Source: Armatimonadota bacterium (GTDB lineage Bacteria; Armatimonadota; Hebobacteria; CAIYQO01). Taken from it: a stretch of DNA of 11,936 nt. Shown here one piece after another: positions 6,804-11,936 of the stretch; the first letter of the stretch is position 1, and each line of letters starts with the position of its first letter. The notes under the pieces are model-generated. The model worked only from the letters and a program-made list of their open reading frames with translations. It had not been told where the DNA came from and did not search any database. The stretch is taken from positions 1 to 11,936 of the forward strand of contig JBBRXO010000084.1 in assembly GCA_038248345.1 (NCBI GenBank), in the 5' to 3' direction. A program made the translations under genes and the position numbers.

Positions 6804-9356
6804 TTATGGGCACAGGCGTATCGTGACGATCTGCCACGGCGCCATCACGACCGTCACGGTGCCGTGTTGCACAGGCAGTGTCTCGCCGTCATCTTCCAGC
6901 AAGTTGCACCGATACGCGCTGGCGCAGGGACAGGGCGGGCGTAAGGTGATAGTTTCCGCACTACCCGCGCATTCTACCAGGCGGAGAATAAGGCCGCGCC
7001 CGTCTTCCGCGGTCTTTAGCGCCGTCAACTGCGTGTGCTGTGCAGTGATTTCCCAGGTTGGGAGTGGGGCGTCAAGCGCGCCGGGCTGTGCGGTCAGGCC
7101 GCTATTGAAGAGCGCAGCAAGCCGCGCCGTGTCATTGTCACGCCAATCGCCGGGGCACATGCAAAGCGCGTGGCGGAAGTGGTGGCTCCCGTGGTCAGTC
7201 ATCCCCTGGTAGTTGTGGGCCACGTAAGATTCAGGATCTAAGAGGCAGTAGGGGATCTCCGGGCTGCGCAGCAGGCTGACCAGCACGGTGCCGTCCTCGA
7301 CGCGGTAGCTGGGTGTGCCCTGATTGAAGACGGCGAAGGTGTAGTCGGGCGCTTGAATCCCCGCCCAGTGGATGGCCGGCCAATCGCCACCCGCACTGCC
7401 GCCATGCGTCTTCTCGCCTTCGTAGCGGTCGCGCTCGAGCGTACCATAGGGGATATCATACACCCCGCGGTCAAGCGTCGTGGTTGAGGGAAAGGCCATG
7501 CGCAGCCGTCGGCTGTGTGTGTACCACTCCACGTCCGTCTCTACCTCCAGCCAGGGCAGGCCCGCGCGCAGGATGAAACGTTGTTCCCAGGTGAGCAGTG
7601 TCACCTGCGGGTCGGCGCAGAAGTGCATGTCATCGTTGGATGGGTGGTGGCCCGCATAGGTGATCACCACGCTGTCGCCGCGGCGCTCGATTCCGCGCAA
7701 TTTTGTATATGGCACCAGCATTTCGCGCGTGCGGTCCAGCGAGCGCGTGGTCCAGGGGTCGCCGATGTCATGCTCCAGGATGAGCGCGCCGACCGGGTAG
7801 TTCCGGGTGCCGACGACCTCACCCAGGCCATCAATGGTGATGCAGGTCAGGCCGTGCTCGCCCGCTTCCACGGTGAATTGCCCGCAGGTGACGGTTGATA
7901 CATCCAGTGCTTCAGTACAGAAGGGCGCCTCGGAGAGTGTGAAGGTGCGCGCACCGAGGTGGGGCACATCCGCCGCCAGGAAGGTGACGACGCCTGGCCC
8001 GCAGTCATACACCGGCACCGGTACGCCGTCGGCGGTCACCGCTGCGCCAGCCCATGCTGCGGGGATCGTTACCCGCACCGGCGCGGAGGCCGTGGCATAC
8101 GTGTGGTTGAAGATCGTCACCGTGTCCGGCATCGCGACGAGCGTTCTTGCGCACGCCGCCGCGCTCACCTCCGCAATGTCGCGCGTCAGGTCATGGTGCA
8201 TGTCGCGCAATTCGTCATAGGACTGGTCGCAATGCGAGGAGGTGATGGCATCGTGGAAGGCCGAGAAGGTCATTCGGCGCCAGGCATCGCGCAGCATATC
8301 GTGCGCCGCGCCGCCATGTAGCAGCGCATCCCAGCATTCGGCAGCCAATAGGGCATGCTCCAGCGTGCGATGCCCCTGCTTGATTTTGATGCGCGAGACA
8401 TAACACCCGCTCTGGCTGGGATTGTTCTCCACCTTCGAGCTGATCAACTCCACCGGTGGGTCATCCACCTGCGCCAGGTAGTTGGCGATATACGGCCGCA
8501 GTGCGCGATACGTGCCTTGTTGTACGTGGATGTCCGGATGCGCGGCACTGAAGGTCGCGATTGCCTCGGTCACATGCAGTCCGGGCAGTAATTCTTCGCC
8601 CCAGAGCATGATGACGCCCACTTCACCCGGCAGGCGCTCCTGCGGCAGGTGGATTAATTCCGCCCGTTTGCCATACTGGAAGCCCCACTGCTCGCACTCC
8701 GGGCAACCGTACCCCTGGCAGGCGGGGCACGGCGCATGCTTGCGGTAGAAATCAGTCGTGCCTTGTCGATGCTCCAGGAGCGAGACGCCGCCAAAAGGCG
8801 CCGAGGCCATATCTACGGAGAAGAAAAGCGAGGTGCCATCCAACCCGCGCCAGTAGGGAGCGTCCGGTATGTTGTAGCTGATGGCAGGCAACCAGGTGAA
8901 GCCGCTTTGGCGGAAGATCTGCGGCATCTGCGCGCTGGAGCCGAAGCCGTCGCTGTGCCAACCGGTGGTGGGCCGCGCGCCCAGCGTTTCCTCCGCCCAC
9001 CACGTACTCAGCGCCAGGTTGCGCGCCAGCAACTCGCCATGGATCATGTTGGCATCCACGATATTCTCACCCGACCCGAGCAGCTCAAAGCGCCCTTCAC
9101 GGGTGAGCTGGCGCAGCGTCTCCGTGTGCTCTGGATGGCGTTCGAGATAATGTCGTAGCACCCAGGAGCATTCCACAAGAAAGCAGCTCTCCCCATCGGC
9201 GCAGGTGGCAATCGCATCGCTAATCCAGCGCTCTTCGATGGCGCGATAGGAGACAAACCGCCGTCCCGTGTCGATGAAATCGCGGTCCCAGCAGCGCCGC
9301 CAGGTGGGGTCAAAGTGATTAAAGCGTAAAACAAACCAAGGTTGTGATGTTGACAT
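6804..9356 (-). CDS. Glycoside hydrolase family 38 (alpha-mannosidase-like), 850 aa, probably cytoplasmic
   Basis: AGGAG RBS (9365-9361). Zn-ligand motif 'NHFDPTW' (HxDxxW), nucleophile region 'GWHSDGFGSSAQMPQI', 'YWRGLDGT', middle-domain 'FHDAITSS' and C-terminal 'LTALKTAEDGRGLILRLVE...CNLLED...PWQIVTIRL'. No signal peptide. Confidence 0.93.
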   Translation of the reverse strand: MSTSQPWFVLRFNHFDPTWRRCWDRDFIDTGRRFVSYRAIEERWISDAIATCADGESCFLVECSWVLRHYLERHPEHTETLRQLTREGRFELLGSGENIVDANMIHGELLARNLALSTWWAEETLGARPTTGWHSDGFGSSAQMPQIFRQSGFTWLPAISYNIPDAPYWRGLDGTSLFFSVDMASAPFGGVSLLEHRQGTTDFYRKHAPCPACQGYGCPECEQWGFQYGKRAELIHLPQERLPGEVGVIMLWGEELLPGLHVTEAIATFSAAHPDIHVQQGTYRALRPYIANYLAQVDDPPVELISSKVENNPSQSGCYVSRIKIKQGHRTLEHALLAAECWDALLHGGAAHDMLRDAWRRMTFSAFHDAITSSHCDQSYDELRDMHHDLTRDIAEVSAAACARTLVAMPDTVTIFNHTYATASAPVRVTIPAAWAGAAVTADGVPVPVYDCGPGVVTFLAADVPHLGARTFTLSEAPFCTEALDVSTVTCGQFTVEAGEHGLTCITIDGLGEVVGTRNYPVGALILEHDIGDPWTTRSLDRTREMLVPYTKLRGIERRGDSVVITYAGHHPSNDDMHFCADPQVTLLTWEQRFILRAGLPWLEVETDVEWYTHSRRLRMAFPSTTTLDRGVYDIPYGTLERDRYEGEKTHGGSAGGDWPAIHWAGIQAPDYTFAVFNQGTPSYRVEDGTVLVSLLRSPEIPYCLLDPESYVAHNYQGMTDHGSHHFRHALCMCPGDWRDNDTARLAALFNSGLTAQPGALDAPLPTWEITAQHTQLTALKTAEDGRGLILRLVECAGSAETITLRPPCPCASAYRCNLLEDDGETLPVQHGTVTVVMAPWQIVTIRLCP

Positions 9357-9442
9357 ATTACTCCTAACTCGGCCAAGCCGGAACCAAATTCAATATGCGG
9401 TGATACGGTTAATTACCATTCAATCGGAATAATAACATAGTA

Positions 9443-9693
9443 CCGGGTTTCGCACTACCTATTACCCATAAGGATTTTGGACAGCAAAATCCTGATATTG
9501 ATGACCAAATGGTCATCTTTTCGAGGAATATTGGGCAATATTTATCCTATAATCAAGCTCATCACTATCTAGTTCGCCATTCGCCGGTATGGCTCCTGCT
9601 CTTAAACAATAGTGTGTATCTCGTTCGAGTGATATTTGAGGCTAATTTTTGGGACAAAACGGACTTATGGGTAATAGACAGGGTGAAGCCCGG
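9443..9693. mobile_element. MITE-like non-autonomous element with terminal inverted repeats
   Basis: Left end CCGGGTTTCGCACTACCTATTACCCATAAG (9443-9472) matches the reverse complement of 9664-9693 (CCGGGCTTCACCCTGTCTATTACCCATAAG) at 25/30 positions, with the inner 14 bp perfect. The AT-rich interior has no recognisable gene. It sits at the GC transition. Confidence 0.65.
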
Positions 9694-10015
9694 GGTAATG
9701 CAACTTACTCGTCCACGCAATCGAAAGGTTATTATTTGGAAAGGATTGATTGGGAAATTGTAAGTGATTTTCCAGTGCCAGCTAGAAAGGTAGCTGCTGC
9801 CGTGCAACGTATTCGTAAAGCGGTTCTATCAGTTTTCACTCGTCACCCTGCCGACCATGTGCGTCACCGCGTCTCTATCATCTAATAATGCGACGACGCG
9901 TGAAAGACTTGATCCCAACGTTGGGCCATAGCGGTGTTTGATGCTCCGGTGGTATAGCTCGACGCTATTGTTTCAAAATTACGACAAATTTAACAAAGAT
10001 GCAACAACAACGCTA

Positions 10016-10044
10016 TTGACCGATGAAATTATGGGGGTTATGCT
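10016..10044 (+). promoter_or_regulatory. Putative sigma70-type promoter for the PRC-barrel gene
   Basis: TTGACC (10016-10021) - 17 nt - TATGCT (10039-10044), about 90 nt upstream of ATG10132. Confidence 0.55.
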
Positions 10045-10131
10045 TGATATAGAAAAATATCTACCAACTGTTAGATTCGGATCAGAAATATTGATGGTAG
10101 CTACTTTTAGCATCAAAGGGAGGATGTTATT

Positions 10132-10938
10132 ATGTTACGACAGGCCAACGAATACAAAAGCCTCAGTCTCCACGCACGCGATGGCGATATCGGCAAAATC
10201 ATGGAATTCTACTTCGATGACAAGTTTTGGACGGTGCGCTATCTAGCCGTAGATACTGGAAATTGGTTAAGCGGGAGGCAAGTTTTGATTTTACCTCAAT
10301 CCTTGCATCCTGCAAATGAAGCGGAGCAAGTCCTGCCAGTGGACTTGACGAAAAAGCAGATTGAAGACAGTCCATCATTGGCCAGCGACCAACCGGTATC
10401 CCGCCAGTATGAGATTTTGAATTCAAATTATTTTGGATACCCTTATTACGGGTATGGTCTGAATCCGTGGACCGCTAATCCTTCATACACAGTAGCCGTC
10501 AAGGAAGTACCATCTAAAGAAGGTGACAGCCATAAGGAGGAGTGGGATCCCAATCTACGGAGCACGAATGATGTGACCGGCCATCACATTCAGGCTTTAG
10601 ATGGGGAGATCGGGCATGTTGAAGATTTTATCATCGATGAAATAACCTGGTCGATTCGGTATCTAGTCGTGGATACGAGAAATTGGTGGCACGGTAAGCA
10701 CGTGCTGATTTCACCGCAATGGATTGAACGAGTTAGTTGGGAAGAGAAGAAAGTCTTCGTAAATCTGTCGCGCGACATTATTAAGCAGTCGCCGGAATAT
10801 ACACGCGCATCTCTCAATCGAGACTACGAAACCGCGCTACACCAGCATTACAATCGACAGGGGTACTGGGTCGACGAACCGGTAATTGATGGACCAGCCG
10901 TTGTCCGTGACGACAAGAAAAGCGGCATGGAACTTTGA
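10132..10938 (+). CDS. Tandem PRC-barrel domain protein (268 aa)
   Basis: GGGAGG RBS at 10118-10123. Two internal repeats, 'LHARDGDIGKIMEFYFDDKFWTVRYLAVDTGNWLSGRQVLI...LTKKQIEDSP' and 'IQALDGEIGHVEDFIIDEITWSIRYLVVDTRNWWHGKHVLISP...LSRDIIKQSPEY', are typical PRC-barrel signatures. Confidence 0.92.
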   Translation: MLRQANEYKSLSLHARDGDIGKIMEFYFDDKFWTVRYLAVDTGNWLSGRQVLILPQSLHPANEAEQVLPVDLTKKQIEDSPSLASDQPVSRQYEILNSNYFGYPYYGYGLNPWTANPSYTVAVKEVPSKEGDSHKEEWDPNLRSTNDVTGHHIQALDGEIGHVEDFIIDEITWSIRYLVVDTRNWWHGKHVLISPQWIERVSWEEKKVFVNLSRDIIKQSPEYTRASLNRDYETALHQHYNRQGYWVDEPVIDGPAVVRDDKKSGMEL

Positions 10939-11082
10939 GAAATCGGAGCAATCCCTACAATGCCGCTTATAACTGAGGCAGTGATAGCGACAAGGGAAAT
11001 ATGACGCTACTCCGCAGAGCAATGTGCCAGATGATACTGGACTAGTAAAAACGTAGCAGTGAGTAGCGCAGAAGGCGCGGGA

Positions 11083-11692
11083 ATGAAAATATCTCCTTTG
11101 GCCGGGAAACCTGCCAAACCATCGATGCTGGTAAACGTACCAAAACTTGTTACGGCTTAACTACACGGAGGTTCCCGAGCCGTCGGTGCCCAGGCAAAGG
11201 GTCGCATTCGGCACTTCTGGGCATCGCGGTTCTGCGTTTGATAAGACCTTCAACGAATGGCACGTCCTGGCCATCAGTCAGGCCATTCGCCAGTACCGTA
11301 AGCTTGGGGGCATTGATGGCCCGTTGTTTCTGGGCATTGACACGCAAGCACTATCTGAACCGGCAGGAGCTAGTGCGCTCGAAGTGCTGGCGGCTACTAG
11401 GGAACAAAAGAAACTATTGGCAAAACTCTCCCCGCAGCAGGTTACGCTCACCGAACTGGCGGGGGAAAGAATCCAAGCTGTCCTCACCAGGGCGCCGGGA
11501 AATGACGCGCCCATCGGCGGAGTGAAAGTCATCGCTGAAAGTGGATGGTTCGCGGCGCGTCCGTCAGGGACCGAGGATATCTACAAAATTTATGGAGAAA
11601 GCTTCCGAGGAGTGGATCACCTGCACCGCATCCTTGAGGAAGCCCAGACGATAGTTAACGACGCTCTTGCGGCAGGGGCTACGCCGGAATAA
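11083..11692 (+). pseudogene. pgm: Phosphoglucomutase (alpha-D-glucose-1,6-bisphosphate-dependent, E. coli Pgm type) pseudogene: +1 frameshift and large in-frame internal deletion
   Basis: ATG11083 gives MKISPLAGKPAKPSMLVNVPKLVTA* (TAA 11158-11160, probably an extra A in TAC). The next frame continues YTEVPEPSVPRQRVAFGTSGHRGS...FNEWHVLAISQAI...LEVLAA and jumps at about 11390-11395 to TREQKKLLAKLSP...GWFAARPSGTEDIYKIYGESF, the Pgm C-terminal domain. The catalytic SHNP loop and the metal-binding DxDxD motif are absent. Confidence 0.93.
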
Positions 11693-11853
11693 GAGATGAG
11701 GAACGAAGTGCGCTTTTTTTGGAGATGAAAATTTTATGGAGCGGAATATCTTAGCCTTATCGTGAACGGCTGGGCGAAAGGCTGGCGGGTTTGAATACTC
11801 TAAACCAGCCTTGAAGTTTGGAACATGGAACTTTTTCGTAGTAGGAGGAAAAC

Positions 11854-11936
11854 ATGTCTATTCAACTCAGTGAGGAAAACGGCGGAAAAATACTCGTCGT
11901 TCACGTCAGCGATAAGCTGATAGCGGCGGATTACGA
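11854..11936 (+). CDS. SpoIIAA-like (STAS/SEC14-type) small protein, 5' part, truncated by the window edge
   Basis: AGGAGG RBS (11843-11848). Reads MSIQLSEENGGKILVVHVSDKLIAADY..., matching the 'il.v..sGkl...DY' N-terminus of SpoIIAA-like proteins. Confidence 0.7.
   Translation, partial: MSIQLSEENGGKILVVHVSDKLIAADY

Noticed and set aside
6757..9376. Short ORFs overlapping the GH38 gene on either strand
   Set aside because: Shadow ORFs. The 850-aa frame carries all the family motifs.
9509..9885. ORFs 9509..9763, 9565..9807 and 9649..9885 as a transposase or other protein
   Set aside because: They run across the right inverted repeat and have no DDE/HTH or other recognisable motif and no clear RBS.
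9938..10246. 102-aa ORF overlapping the PRC-barrel start
   Set aside because: It spans the predicted promoter and RBS of the PRC-barrel gene and has no motif.
11147..11692. 181-aa ORF as a functional phosphoglucomutase
   Set aside because: The TTG start is an artefact of the frameshift, and the catalytic SHNP and metal-binding loops are missing.
11778..11812. Hairpin AAGGCTGG...CCAGCCTT upstream of the SpoIIAA-like gene as a riboswitch or terminator
   Set aside because: 8-bp stem with a long loop, no U-tract and no recognisable aptamer motif.
1..11936. CRISPR array, tRNA/rRNA, integron attC sites, intact transposase or integrase
   Set aside because: No regularly spaced repeats, cloverleaf, attC-like GTTRRRY/RYYYAAC cassette pattern or recombinase ORF was seen.

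Overview
Bacterial genomic DNA with two parts: a high-GC left part (about 650-9360, carbohydrate-active genes on the minus strand) and a visibly lower-GC right part (about 9400-11936, plus-strand genes). Apparently intact genes: a 1690-aa exported multidomain protein (CBM9-like / FlgD-Ig / beta-propeller / Fn3), an 850-aa GH38 alpha-mannosidase carrying a CxxCxGxGCxxC insert, a tandem PRC-barrel protein and the start of a SpoIIAA-like protein. The ORF track hides the most striking feature: three genes are collapsed into N-terminus + C-terminus fusions with the middle missing. They are a 52-aa sialate O-acetylesterase remnant (5750-5908), a GH42-like beta-galactosidase remnant (6232-6713) and a phosphoglucomutase remnant (11083-11692). 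At the GC transition is a ~250-bp non-coding element with long terminal inverted repeats (MITE-like, 9443-9693) packed with internal palindromes. There are also a duplicated 24-bp promoter-region motif, REP-like hairpins and a decayed small exported-protein gene. Family assignments come from motif recognition only; no database search was run.
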